A stretch of DNA of 64,000 nucleotides from Candidatus Bathyarchaeia archaeon (lineage in GTDB: Archaea > Thermoproteota > Bathyarchaeia > Bathyarchaeales > Bathycorpusculaceae), in NCBI GenBank assembly GCA_049516875.1, contig JBEKSS010000003.1, forward strand, positions 96,001 to 160,000, written 5' to 3'. The position numbers and the translations under genes were made by a program. Positions 18,633-28,871 of the stretch are shown here, piece by piece. Below the pieces are notes generated by a model that ran no database searches, had not been told where the DNA came from, and was given only the letters and a program-made list of their open reading frames with translations. Numbering within the stretch: the stretch's first letter is position 1; every line of letters begins with the position of its first letter.

Positions 18633-19148
18633 TCAATGCGCTAGCCACGGGGTTTGCCACTCTTCTTTGAAGAAGATTTCTGAAAGCTCTTCCCTCGGTC
18701 TGGGAGCAGGTGTTTCATTGGGTATGCCGATAGGCAGCAATGCGACAACTCGCATTTTTGCAGGAATCTTGAGCAGACGCTTCACCGCGTCCTCGTCGAA
18801 GGCACCTATCCAGCAAGTGCCGTAGCCTAGAGCCGTGGCTGCCAAGGCCATGTGTTCAAGGGCTATCATCGTGTCTTTTTCGTGCCACTTTGTCGACACC
18901 TCAGGATCGCCCACTGCAGCCACGATTGCTGCAGCGTCACTAAGGAACCCCTGATTGTTCGCCGCTCCCGCGAGAGCCTTCTTTCGATTCGCATCTCGAA
19001 CCACTATGAAGCGCCAGGGCTGGCGGTTGGCGGCAGAAGGCGCCAGACGAGCGGCCTCGAAAATCATTTCCAGCTTATCATCGGGAATTGGTTCTTGCCG
19101 GTATTTTCTGATGCTTCTGCGGCCTCTTATAGCTTCAAAAACGTCCAT
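18633..19148 (-). CDS. Nitroreductase family protein
   Basis: RRSIRKY, APSAANRQPW and GYGTCWIG. Confidence 0.93.
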   Translation of the reverse strand: MDVFEAIRGRRSIRKYRQEPIPDDKLEMIFEAARLAPSAANRQPWRFIVVRDANRKKALAGAANNQGFLSDAAAIVAAVGDPEVSTKWHEKDTMIALEHMALAATALGYGTCWIGAFDEDAVKRLLKIPAKMRVVALLPIGIPNETPAPRPREELSEIFFKEEWQTPWLAH

Positions 19149-19412
19149 CGTATTTGTTCCCCTTCCATGGAATGCACTTTGCTCTAGAACGTTAGCCGTC
19201 GCGTGTCATGCATATATGGATTCCTCAAGCAGCTGTGCGATTTGGCATGCAGGCGCTATCAGGTTCCAGTGTCCATGTCTCGTTCACTGCAGCACTTTCC
19301 ACCGCAAGGAACAGTGAAATGTCGAGACGGCGCGTTTCATCCGCGAAAGATCACTCTGAGAACTCTAATCTTGGGGATAACGTCCACAAAGCTTGATGTT
19401 AGGAAGTTATTC

Positions 19413-19610
19413 TTACCGTCTCGTCGTTGTTGCTTTTGCTTTCAGTTGTTTCTCTTTTTCCGGCATTGCCACTATCTTTATCTGGGTTTTGTAGAGACAG
19501 TTCTTTGCTGCTTCCTTTGCGTCTCTTCGAGTTTCATAAGTCCCTTTGAGTTCAATCCACGGCAATGTTTCATCAACCTTTATCCATACAGCGTGCAAGT
19601 TTTCCACCAT
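19413..19610 (-). CDS. Small hypothetical protein
   Basis: 65 aa ORF with natural composition and an AT-rich promoter-like upstream region. Confidence 0.55.
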   Translation of the reverse strand: MVENLHAVWIKVDETLPWIELKGTYETRRDAKEAAKNCLYKTQIKIVAMPEKEKQLKAKATTTRR

Positions 19611-19986
19611 TTCCTGACCGAGAAAAAGGATTAGATTCTTGGCAATTAAAACGGTTATGAATCCTGAATAATTATCTGGGTTAAGCTTCCCTTTGGAAAC
19701 TTATTTAAGCAGTGCTGTCCCACCTCTTAGAGTTTAGGAGAGAGACGAAGGTAGAGCCCGGCCGGGATCACGTAAGATTGCTCGGTTGAAGCGGTGCCTA
19801 TGGATGGACAGAAAGAAAAGAATCCAAGAAGATGTACAGCGTGAAACGACGACTGAGCAGCGTGCATGGTTCCGTCAACGATTCTTTACGGCCAGAGGGA
19901 ATTCCTGAAACACATCGTAAGTCTGTCAACGAGTTTTTAACCTTCCATGCCCTTTGTGGGCTTTTTTCAGGGGAGGCCGGCATCTG

Positions 19987-21234
19987 ATGGCTTACTCCGC
20001 AAATCCGAGGGCGTTCCTAACAGCGTTCAAGGAAACGCTGGCTGGACACTTCGCCGGCGTCGGAGGAATAATCGCAGGTCTCATAGTTGCTTGGCAGCTT
20101 GATGTTTTCCGAAGTGTGCCAGGACACGCATGGACTATTGCAGTCTATCCGACCGTGTTGACTGCCAAAGCCGTGATAAACGGTGTGTTCAGCGGACGCT
20201 TGAACACTGCCTTGCACGTTGGAACGATTTCCCCAAGATTCTCTGGAAACATGAAAACCCTGAGTCGAATGTTTCAACGAATACTGATCTTGACCTTGGC
20301 GACGAGTATCGTAATGAGCATCGTTTCAACCATTCTTGGAACCCTGTTCTGGGGAGTGGCCCCTGCAAGTTTCTCAGATGTCTTGATAGTTGTTGTTGCT
20401 ACAATGAGTCTAGGGTTGACCCTTTACTTGTTCACGTTATCTGTCACGTTTACTGCCTTCAAGAAAGGTGTGGACTTGGACAGTGTTGCATATCCAATTT
20501 CTGCCACGATTGCAGATGTTTTCATAACGGTCTGCTATGCTTTGGCAGTTAATCTCTTCTTCAACTTCGGCTACGCAGGACAATACACCATTCTCCTAAT
20601 CGCGATCCTGCCCGTGGTTTTGGTGCTCTATTCCTTGCCCCGAAGCATCCACGAGGAAGGATTTTCCAAAACCATGAAGACCTCTATCTCGGCTCTGATG
20701 TTTGTGGCGGTGATTGCCAGTGTCACGGGGACGATTTTGCAAAAGATAAATGTTGTCGCAAGCCTTTGGAACGGGAACCCTGCTCTTCATCCCGCTGCAC
20801 TTTTTGCTGCTTACCCCGCTCTGATTGAACTGGTAGGCGATGCCGCTCTGGTCATAGGATCCACTGCTACAACAAGGCTTGTACTCGGGTTACTGGAGCC
20901 CTACTTTTCTGCCATGAAAAACCATGCATTGCAGATTCTCGGTGCTTGGGCGGCTTCGGCTGTTGCGTTCGTTCCACTTTCGGCTGCATCACTCTTTCTG
21001 ACCGGGGCGTTTGGGCTGCCTGCATTCTGCCTTCTGACTTCCGTGTTGCTTGCGACAAACGCCTTCGCCATGATCGCTATGACCCTGATATCTTACGCAC
21101 TTGCAATATTGACTTTCAAGAAGGGCTTGGACCCTGATCATCTGGTTATCCCTATTGAAAGTTCACTTGCGGGCACCATAACGACAACCGCTTTGTTCGT
21201 TGCCTTGTTCCTGCTACTCCACTTGGGGGGATAG
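19987..21234 (+). CDS. MgtE-family (SLC41-like) divalent cation transporter, duplicated membrane domain
   Basis: SGRLNTALHVG, KKGVDLDSVAYP and KKGLDPDHLVIP repeats; many TM helices. Confidence 0.85.
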   Translation: MAYSANPRAFLTAFKETLAGHFAGVGGIIAGLIVAWQLDVFRSVPGHAWTIAVYPTVLTAKAVINGVFSGRLNTALHVGTISPRFSGNMKTLSRMFQRILILTLATSIVMSIVSTILGTLFWGVAPASFSDVLIVVVATMSLGLTLYLFTLSVTFTAFKKGVDLDSVAYPISATIADVFITVCYALAVNLFFNFGYAGQYTILLIAILPVVLVLYSLPRSIHEEGFSKTMKTSISALMFVAVIASVTGTILQKINVVASLWNGNPALHPAALFAAYPALIELVGDAALVIGSTATTRLVLGLLEPYFSAMKNHALQILGAWAASAVAFVPLSAASLFLTGAFGLPAFCLLTSVLLATNAFAMIAMTLISYALAILTFKKGLDPDHLVIPIESSLAGTITTTALFVALFLLLHLGG

Positions 21235-21286
21235 AATTAAAATATTTCCTGCACTCTAGTCTCCTAGTTGGAGCGACCTTGAGCAC

Positions 21287-21895
21287 ATGCGAGCGTTAGA
21301 AAAGGTAAAATACAGGTCTGTACCAGTCCGGGATCTCTTCTTGGAAATGAAGAACCTGTCCGAGCTAATGATAGATCTGGCTTATTCGGCAGCCTTGTTC
21401 AATGATCGGGAACTCGCCGAAGAAGTCATGGAACTTGAGAACCGTGTCGATACGCTGGATTATCTGCTGGAAATGACTATCATGATCGCTGCAAGAGACG
21501 CCCATGATGCGGAAGCATTAGCAGGAGTGTCCGCTGCAGCCTCGGCAGCAGACAAGATCTCAGACGCTGCAGCAGACATAGCCGCAATAGTCACGCAGAA
21601 CATAGGTGTACATCCGATAGTGAGCCAAGTTTTTGAGAAAGTCGAGGAGCGTTTGATGCAGGCAAAAGTGAGTGCTGGCTCATCAATTGTTGGTAAGCGA
21701 GTAGGGGAGCTTGATCTGGCGGCGAGAATGGGCGTTGACATCATCGCCGTTCGACGGGACAAGGACTGGATTATAAACCCGGAGAATACTGAACAGATTC
21801 GAGGCGGGGACGTTTTGATTGCCCGCGGCGTTCAATCAGGCATCAGGGAATTCAAGGAGCTTGCAGAACAGAAACCGCGGAGGAGGGAAGACTGA
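21287..21895 (+). CDS. PhoU plus TrkA-C domain protein
   Basis: EMKNLSELMIDLAYSA and DIIAVRR...GDVLIARG. Confidence 0.88.
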   Translation: MRALEKVKYRSVPVRDLFLEMKNLSELMIDLAYSAALFNDRELAEEVMELENRVDTLDYLLEMTIMIAARDAHDAEALAGVSAAASAADKISDAAADIAAIVTQNIGVHPIVSQVFEKVEERLMQAKVSAGSSIVGKRVGELDLAARMGVDIIAVRRDKDWIINPENTEQIRGGDVLIARGVQSGIREFKELAEQKPRRRED

Positions 21896-22474
21896 ATGGC
21901 GCAGCAGGACCAAGCAAGGTTCGAGGAAATCGTTGAACGCCTAGTGGAGCTTAAGGACACTTCTGAACTCATGATCGACCTGGCCTACTCGTCGTTGCTT
22001 CTGAACAACAGAGAGCTGGCCGAAGAAGTGCAGAGGCTTGAAGAACGCGTGGACAAGCTGCACACAGATTTCGAACTGCTCGTCCTCAAAAGCGAATTCA
22101 AGAAGGAGGAAGCGAAGGGCTTTCTCGGACTCATACGGTTGGGAGTGGCAACCGAAAAAATTGCAGACGCAGCGGCTCAGATATCCGAGGTTGTCCTGAG
22201 AGGCATTGAACCGCATCCCGTGTTACAGCTCAGCATAAGGGAAGCCGAAGAGACAGTTGCTTACGTGCCCGTTACCAAAGACTCCCAGCTTGTGGATAAG
22301 ACTCTGGCGGAAGCACGGATCCCTGAGGAAACTGGAATGTGGATATTGGCCATAAGAAGAGGCAACAAATACATTAGACCTAAACCCGACTCTAGAATAG
22401 AGGTAGGTGACGTTCTAATCGCCTCAGGCTACGCCGACGGTGTGGAAAGCCTCAAAAAACTGTCAGCACGGTAA
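21896..22474 (+). CDS. PhoU plus TrkA-C domain protein (paralog)
   Basis: ELKDTSELMIDLAYS and ILAIRRG...GDVLIASG. Confidence 0.88.
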   Translation: MAQQDQARFEEIVERLVELKDTSELMIDLAYSSLLLNNRELAEEVQRLEERVDKLHTDFELLVLKSEFKKEEAKGFLGLIRLGVATEKIADAAAQISEVVLRGIEPHPVLQLSIREAEETVAYVPVTKDSQLVDKTLAEARIPEETGMWILAIRRGNKYIRPKPDSRIEVGDVLIASGYADGVESLKKLSAR

Positions 22475-22565
22475 CCAACATTCTGCCGAGTCCATAGCTA
22501 GACTACTTATTCTGAATGCACTAACGCTATAAACACGGTTTCCCCTCATATTCAACGAGGGACGC

Positions 22566-22970
22566 ATCATCACCAAGAAGAAAGAAACCGCGGCCATCAT
22601 CCAAAACTACACGTGTCCAAACCCATCTTGCCGCAAACCCTTCGTAAAACCATTGAAAGCCATAAACTTGGCCCTAGGAAACCCGGAACCATACCTCGCA
22701 TGCCCCCGCTGCCTCAGGGAGATCACCACCCAAGAAAGCCCGCCGACCGCCGAACCAAAGCCAAACCTAGAAACAGAAACCCTCAAAACCACAGAAGACA
22801 AAGCCGCAGAAGAAAAAGACGGCACGGCACCGACAAAACCACAGTGCACCCGCCACTTCGGATACCTAAGCGAACGTTCAAACAAAGAAAAAATACCCGA
22901 AGAATGCATCACCTGCACAGACATAGTCAACTGCATGCTAAAAGCCGTAAAAAACCAAACAAACAACTAA
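22566..22970 (+). CDS. Zinc-finger hypothetical protein
   Basis: CPNPSC, CPRC, C..H and CITC...C motifs; frame is open upstream of TTG 22653, start uncertain. Confidence 0.7.
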   Translation: MITKKKETAAIIQNYTCPNPSCRKPFVKPLKAINLALGNPEPYLACPRCLREITTQESPPTAEPKPNLETETLKTTEDKAAEEKDGTAPTKPQCTRHFGYLSERSNKEKIPEECITCTDIVNCMLKAVKNQTNN

Positions 22971-23089
22971 CACCAAAAACACCAGCGGTTTGAGTCTCAA
23001 AAAAATCACGGATTGAGTACTCAAAAGCAAGGGCTCGAAACCCAACATCAGCCAGTGAAGCCATAGCCTCACATTAACACGCGCGAACG

Positions 23090-23917
23090 CTAGCTTCTCA
23101 GAAACGTTCGAGCCACATCTTCCAGTCTTTCGCCCAGGATTTGCACATCATCAATGCTGCCCAGCCCTTTCTCGCAGGCCTTGCGAATGTGGCTTATTTC
23201 ATGAGGGTCAAACCCCATAACCCTGCAACCGGTTGCGTCTGTCGCGACCGGATCTTTTCCAGTTATTATCAAGTCCATCTGAACAGGTGTCCCGTCGGAA
23301 GGACCACGGCCCTCCATCCCCACAAAGCCGTCAATCACCGTCAATACTGGTTTGAGCACGCTGTTAATGTCAACTATGACCTTGCTTATGCCCTTCAGGT
23401 GGTATTTTCCCTTAAACTTGTCAGGCAGAAGACCGAACATGTTCTTCATCCCCAACGTGACTCCCGTCGACATGTGGGTCTTAAGTTTAGCCGCACTCAC
23501 AACAGCAGATTCAGTGACAATACGTGGAACAGTTATGCTTTTCAATGTTTCAGAGTTAGGAACATCTATCTTGACTCTGTCCTTCACGTGCCTCAGGTTG
23601 AGACATTCAACACCGTTGCGCTCACACATTTCCCTCATGCCAGTCGCTTCAAAGGCCTTGTCAGCGCTGGTCATCGTAGCGTCTGATTCGACAACGTAAA
23701 TCTTAACATGCAGATTCTTTAGTCTCTCTATGATGGCTTCAACCACAATTGGATCCGTAGTCGCTCCAGTGTCCCATGTTTTGACCGTTATGAAGTTGAC
23801 TTTTATGAGCACCGTATCCCAACCGGACAGGGCAGCCTCATAATCCATCAAGTCCAAGGCCTTGAAAACAGGCTCATGACCTCTCTTGCCCTTAACAATC
23901 GCAACCTTCGGAGTCAA
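23090..23917 (-). CDS. DUF362 domain protein
   Basis: VLIKVN, TTDP, KLKTH, TLGMKN, GMEG.GP and DPVATD. Confidence 0.9.
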   Translation of the reverse strand: MTPKVAIVKGKRGHEPVFKALDLMDYEAALSGWDTVLIKVNFITVKTWDTGATTDPIVVEAIIERLKNLHVKIYVVESDATMTSADKAFEATGMREMCERNGVECLNLRHVKDRVKIDVPNSETLKSITVPRIVTESAVVSAAKLKTHMSTGVTLGMKNMFGLLPDKFKGKYHLKGISKVIVDINSVLKPVLTVIDGFVGMEGRGPSDGTPVQMDLIITGKDPVATDATGCRVMGFDPHEISHIRKACEKGLGSIDDVQILGERLEDVARTFLRS

Positions 23918-24002
23918 CCCGACGACACGACTAGCTTCTCTGAAGCAGCCAAAGGCAGAAGACAGATTGCATTAATAAAGGTTGAGAACCAAGACTCAAG
24001 TT

Positions 24003-25331
24003 CTATTTGGACTTGGTTATGTGCACGTTTTTGATTAGAACGTACGGAGCCAGTGAAGGTAGATCCGCTTCAAAACCCCACCAGTGCACGTGCTGCCTCT
24101 CCTTCGAAACGGCAGCGATATTGCCAAGCATGGCCAAAACGTTGTCGCTTATGCGCAAATCCTTCAAAGACTGCTTGATTTCGCCTTTTTCAATCATGAA
24201 GATGCCGTCTCGGGGAATAGTTGAGAAGTCACCCTTTGCAGAATTCTGGAAACGCGTGTACCAAGTGTTAGTCAAATAGAGCCCTCTCCTCACCTCTTTG
24301 AAAAGTTCGTCCCTGCTCGCGTCTCCATCATCCATTTCGATGTTCCACGGTGTCGGGTACACCAAACCCGCATTTCCCGTTGTCTTGGTTTTGAACATTT
24401 TGGCGGTGGAAGCGTTGTGAAGGTACGTTTTGAAGACACCATGATCGATGAATGTGTTCTCTTTTGTGGGAAAACCCTCATCATCGAAAGCCCTGTTGGA
24501 CATGGAATACGCCGCCGGATTGTCTTTCAACGTCACTACGTCAGGCGCTACCCTTGTGCCAAGCTTATTAACGAAAATAGACTGTTGCACGAGTACAGAA
24601 TAGGCTGAAGCCATCCCGCCCCAAACCCCAAGCAAGGAACCAAGAATCAAAGGGTCAAAAATGACATCGTAAACGCCCTCATCCCCAATTCTTGGGCTTC
24701 TGGCCTGCTTGGCTATCTCGCCGGCCTTTGCCCCAGCACGGGCGGGCTTGAAATCCTTCAGGTTCGAACAGCATTCCACCCCGTGGCCTGAGGCTTCCCT
24801 TTCTGAAAAAGCCCTGATTGAAAGCTCAATTGCTGATCTGCTGTCAACGCCAATAGGTCCTTCGGAAGAAGCGATGTAAACGTCTTCGAACTTTGTGAAG
24901 AGTATGCCTCCGCTTTCAACTCTACACCCGGCTTCTTTTTCAGCCGCTTCTATAGCTTCAAAAACATACTCCGCTGGACTTTCCAAATTCTCAAGCTTCT
25001 TATCTGCTTTGCTCTTTGCGTAGTGGAAACTGCCTTGAGCAAAGCCTCCAAAAGTTGGATTCTCCTCAGAAATCTTCGCCAGTTTTAACAGTTGCTTGAT
25101 GCTTGCATCAGCGTCATCGAAGCTGTGAATCTGCGTGGCGACAAAGCGTTTCTTCCATGCCAAGGCTACATCGGTTGAGTAGTCATTCCACGCGACGGTG
25201 ATGTCAACCTGGTTGTTGCTGAAACGCACCTGTCGATACTTGCCATAGGTTGTCTTCGCAACAATCTGGTCTGCCCCCAGCGTTTTCGCTTTCTTCACGA
25301 TCTCTTCAGTTTTGCCGAGTATGTAGGTCAT
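24003..25331 (-). CDS. pmbA: TldE/PmbA family protein
   Basis: FDDEG and TTGNA motifs, no HExxxH; coupled to tldD. Confidence 0.88.
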   Translation of the reverse strand: MTYILGKTEEIVKKAKTLGADQIVAKTTYGKYRQVRFSNNQVDITVAWNDYSTDVALAWKKRFVATQIHSFDDADASIKQLLKLAKISEENPTFGGFAQGSFHYAKSKADKKLENLESPAEYVFEAIEAAEKEAGCRVESGGILFTKFEDVYIASSEGPIGVDSRSAIELSIRAFSEREASGHGVECCSNLKDFKPARAGAKAGEIAKQARSPRIGDEGVYDVIFDPLILGSLLGVWGGMASAYSVLVQQSIFVNKLGTRVAPDVVTLKDNPAAYSMSNRAFDDEGFPTKENTFIDHGVFKTYLHNASTAKMFKTKTTGNAGLVYPTPWNIEMDDGDASRDELFKEVRRGLYLTNTWYTRFQNSAKGDFSTIPRDGIFMIEKGEIKQSLKDLRISDNVLAMLGNIAAVSKERQHVHWWGFEADLPSLAPYVLIKNVHITKSK

Positions 25332-26746
25332 TTCACAAACACTCTCCTAAGTCTTAGGCACGGGCCACCAGTGTACACCGGAACCCCCTGCTCAGGGTCG
25401 CCTTTCCCACACGTAGCCGCGTCAAACTCGACCTTTCTTGAAACCGCGTCAACGGCCGTCCAGAACTTCAACGTAGTCGTTTCAATAACAGGTCTTGACA
25501 CAGGATGCTTCAGTTCACCGTTTTCTATGAGATACGCCTCTCTCCCTACATAACGTTGGTTGAAACGTTTGTCATCGATGTTCCATTCGGTGAAAGACTT
25601 CATGTAAACGCCGTACTTGACGTCTTCAATTAGCTCTTCCTCAGTGAATTCGCCAGGAAGAACAAACGTGTTCGCCATCCGAACTATAGCCTCTCTATCA
25701 TAGTTAACAGACCTTGAAGAACCGTTGCTGTTCGTGTCAAGCTTCGCAGCCGATTCCCTGTTGTGCAGGAACTCGTTTATGACACCCTCCTTGTACAGGA
25801 ACCTCCGTGTGGCTCTAACTCCCTCGTCATCATACATGTAATAGCCGTAGCTGCTCTCGACAGTCGGATCATCCACAACGGTGACGGCCTTGCTGCCGAT
25901 TCTCGTGCCAATCCAGTACTGACCGCCTTTATAGATGAAGGATCTGCCAGCCTGGCTCATCTCCCGACCCAAGATTCTGTCAGCCTCCATCGGATGACCG
26001 CATGATTCATGCGCCGCTATTCCAGCGACTTCTGACCCGCAGACCAAATCCATTTTCTCAGGTTTCACGGTTTTTGCTTCCGTGATGACGCTTTTGAGAA
26101 CCTTGGCGTCGTGAACCATTTTCTCCGGAATCTTCCACTTGCTGAAAGCTTCCCACCCTCCGCAGTAACCAAACTGTTCGTACGCCTGCTCAGTTTTTCC
26201 CTGCTCAGCTACCGTGATGAAAACGTACGCGCCTATTCTCGGAACAAATGAGGATATTCGTGAACCCTCTGAGTTGACAAAATACTTCGTTATCAAGTTC
26301 GTTGCGCAGGATGATGCTGTGGCAGCGATCTTCACTTTTGAAGACGCTAAAGCCCTGTTAACCTCGGCAAGAGTGGATATTCTCTCTTCCAGCGAAACGT
26401 CTTCTATCCTCTTTTTTTGGTCGACAGCCCACTTGGTCTTGGCGCCCTTCTCTTCAGCGAAGACAAGCTTCTCCTTACGATTTGCACTGTTGGCATACTT
26501 GAAAGCCATGTCTGCAACGTCTTTGGCTTCTTCTTTCGTCCACTTGTTCGTCGAAGCGAAGCCGATGCCCCCGTCTGCTATGATTCGCACGCAAAATCCA
26601 CTGTCAACAGCTGAAACAACCGCCTCCACCACGCCGTTGCGCAGCATAAGCCCGTCCTGAACCTGACTGTGCGCCCTCACTTCAGCATATTCGATCTTCT
26701 TGCTCCGCGCACACTCAAGGGCAAAATCAACGATTTCCTCGTCCAT
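25328..26746 (-). CDS. tldD: TldD metalloprotease
   Basis: HESCGHPMEAD, YDDEG, RMANT and CGKG. Confidence 0.92.
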   Translation of the reverse strand: MDEEIVDFALECARSKKIEYAEVRAHSQVQDGLMLRNGVVEAVVSAVDSGFCVRIIADGGIGFASTNKWTKEEAKDVADMAFKYANSANRKEKLVFAEEKGAKTKWAVDQKKRIEDVSLEERISTLAEVNRALASSKVKIAATASSCATNLITKYFVNSEGSRISSFVPRIGAYVFITVAEQGKTEQAYEQFGYCGGWEAFSKWKIPEKMVHDAKVLKSVITEAKTVKPEKMDLVCGSEVAGIAAHESCGHPMEADRILGREMSQAGRSFIYKGGQYWIGTRIGSKAVTVVDDPTVESSYGYYMYDDEGVRATRRFLYKEGVINEFLHNRESAAKLDTNSNGSSRSVNYDREAIVRMANTFVLPGEFTEEELIEDVKYGVYMKSFTEWNIDDKRFNQRYVGREAYLIENGELKHPVSRPVIETTTLKFWTAVDAVSRKVEFDAATCGKGDPEQGVPVYTGGPCLRLRRVFVK

Positions 26747-26829
26747 TTAGCATCAACCTTTGCAGCATATGTGCTAAACTGGGGCATAAAAGTCTTTTAG
26801 GCGCTGGCCAGTGGAACCTCCTTTCGCGT

Positions 26830-28437
26830 TCAGTCTTGGCTCTTCAACGTCCGTTCCAACGCGTCTATAACATTTTGTTTTCCCATAGCAAGAATGTAAG
26901 GGCCTAGTCTTGGGCCTTGGGGAGCACCCAACAGTACCGTGTATATCATCTTGAAGAATTTTGCAGGTTGAAAACCGCATTTTTTCGCAGTGTTGAATAT
27001 TGCGTTTTGAATTTTCTCGGCGTCGTCCTCGACCTTCAGCACTTGAACCAGTTCTTTCACGGCGTCTCTCTCTTGCGTGCTCAGCCTGACCAAGGTTTCT
27101 TTTATCGCTTGAAAATCTGCTGCCCAGTTGGACGCGTATTCAATCCGTTTTCTCGCGTTGTCATCGAGTGACTGGTCTCGCTGCAAGTAACCGTAGCTTC
27201 GAAGCTTTTCGGTCATGTACTGTTCTTCACTGCCTTTAGGGGCAACCTTCGCTAGGTATGTCAACAGGTTGTAGGGCGCGTGAAAGCCTGGTTTCGTGGG
27301 AAGCTTCATCGAGTAGCAATATTCGTACAGACCTCGAAGCTTGGCCAGTTCCTTGTCGTCCTTGACTCCTTTCTTTCCGAAATAGACATCCTCCAAGTTG
27401 TCCAGTTCGTCCATGTAGATTGGGATGTCAACCACGTCCAGCGCACGTGCCCCTACGAACCTTTTCAGCAGCAACAACATGAGTGACTGGGGAGAGCCAT
27501 ATCTAAACCAGGTTTGCGGTGTGAGCACGATTCCAGCGCTCTTGGCAAGCTTCTTACCGCTTTTGGCGAGGAACAGCTCGTATCTTGCGTGAACAGGTGG
27601 CTCCCAACAGAGTACTTCCCGGCATATGCGATCGTTAACCCGCACCGAATCAGCAACATCCTTTCCGAAAGCTTCAAACCTGATGTCCAAAGCCTTCCAG
27701 CGAACGGCGAACTCGCCCTTCCAGCTGAGCTTGCCTGAGCCTTTCCTGTAATCCACCTCGCCTTTGTGTCCACAGCCCTCAAGCCACCGTCCCTTCACTT
27801 CCATTCCTTCACAACTGTAAAGGATCTTATTCTCTTTCGCCACAAAGTCGTAAGCCTTTGTCGTGTAGATACGGCCGCAGTTTTCGCAAACGGCAAAGTA
27901 CGGTAGGGCCTCCAGAAACTTTTCCTGTCCAATCTCTTCTTTGACTATTCCACCGATTTTTTTGGCGTTCAAGAGTATAGTCCTGATTTCCTCGTTGAAC
28001 AATCCCGTCCGGTAAGCTTCTGCTCCCGACATGAACTTGTACTCTATCCCGCACTTGTCCAACGCTTCCATGAGCAGCATGGTCATGTGCTCTCCGTAGC
28101 TCTTGTGACACTTGTAAAAGTCCGGAATGTCCGTCACAGACTGCCCCAAATACTTCTCCAAAGACTCAGGCATCCCAGCAGGAACCTTCCTCAGCCCATC
28201 CTTATCATCAGCAAAAGCGATGAGTTCAGAGTTGAAATCCTGCTCTCTCAAAGCCAAGGTCACACCGAAAGACCGTGCTGCATCGCTCAAGTTACCTATG
28301 TGCGGCAAACCGGATGCGGCTATACCCATCTCGGTCCTAATCAAGCCTAAGCCTCTGCCGAGCTTCCGCTCCCTAGCAACCACCTTGGCGGCCATCTTGT
28401 CGTACCACGTGCCGTGGCCGATTATTTTCCGGCTCAT
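26830..28437 (-). CDS. lysS: Class I lysyl-tRNA synthetase
   Basis: SGLPHIGN (HIGH), DGLRKVP, KLAKS (KMSKS-like) and GPRLG. Confidence 0.95.
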   Translation of the reverse strand: MSRKIIGHGTWYDKMAAKVVARERKLGRGLGLIRTEMGIAASGLPHIGNLSDAARSFGVTLALREQDFNSELIAFADDKDGLRKVPAGMPESLEKYLGQSVTDIPDFYKCHKSYGEHMTMLLMEALDKCGIEYKFMSGAEAYRTGLFNEEIRTILLNAKKIGGIVKEEIGQEKFLEALPYFAVCENCGRIYTTKAYDFVAKENKILYSCEGMEVKGRWLEGCGHKGEVDYRKGSGKLSWKGEFAVRWKALDIRFEAFGKDVADSVRVNDRICREVLCWEPPVHARYELFLAKSGKKLAKSAGIVLTPQTWFRYGSPQSLMLLLLKRFVGARALDVVDIPIYMDELDNLEDVYFGKKGVKDDKELAKLRGLYEYCYSMKLPTKPGFHAPYNLLTYLAKVAPKGSEEQYMTEKLRSYGYLQRDQSLDDNARKRIEYASNWAADFQAIKETLVRLSTQERDAVKELVQVLKVEDDAEKIQNAIFNTAKKCGFQPAKFFKMIYTVLLGAPQGPRLGPYILAMGKQNVIDALERTLKSQD

Positions 28438-28502
28438 AGCAAGTCTAGCCTCTGCATGCAATAGTGAAATCGAAATAAAAAGTGTTTAGAAAAAGAGTGG
28501 GT

Positions 28503-28850
28503 TTACTTTCTTCTGAGAGCAGCAGCTATTGCCAAGCCGCCGAGCACAAGCAGAATCACAGCTAAGCTGTAGACCCAGTTGTACGTGTATAGAAACCACG
28601 CGCCGCCCATGGCGATGAGCAGTAGACCCCAACCGAAATAGCTGAACGCACCGCGCCCGTACTTTTCCGGATTTGAACGCTGCATCACAGCCAACGCCAT
28701 CAACCAGCCACCGAACAACACGATCATTGTTGCCAGAACCATCCACCACGCGGTCAACAGGCCCGCAGGTACATAAAGTAAGACGGAGACAACTATGATC
28801 ACGAAGAGAGCGCCTATTGTCAGCAAATTCCTGTCTGCCATTTTAGCCAT
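28503..28850 (-). CDS. Four-TM membrane protein
   Basis: Four hydrophobic segments; last gene of the SPFH operon. Confidence 0.8.
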   Translation of the reverse strand: MAKMADRNLLTIGALFVIIVVSVLLYVPAGLLTAWWMVLATMIVLFGGWLMALAVMQRSNPEKYGRGAFSYFGWGLLLIAMGGAWFLYTYNWVYSLAVILLVLGGLAIAAALRRK

Positions 28851-28871
28851 GTTTTAACCTCCTTTGGCTCG

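Noticed and set aside
12406-19650. tRNA-anchored integrated mobile element
   Set aside because: Pseudogene-rich, but no integrase, transposase or duplicated tRNA 3' end (att site) was seen
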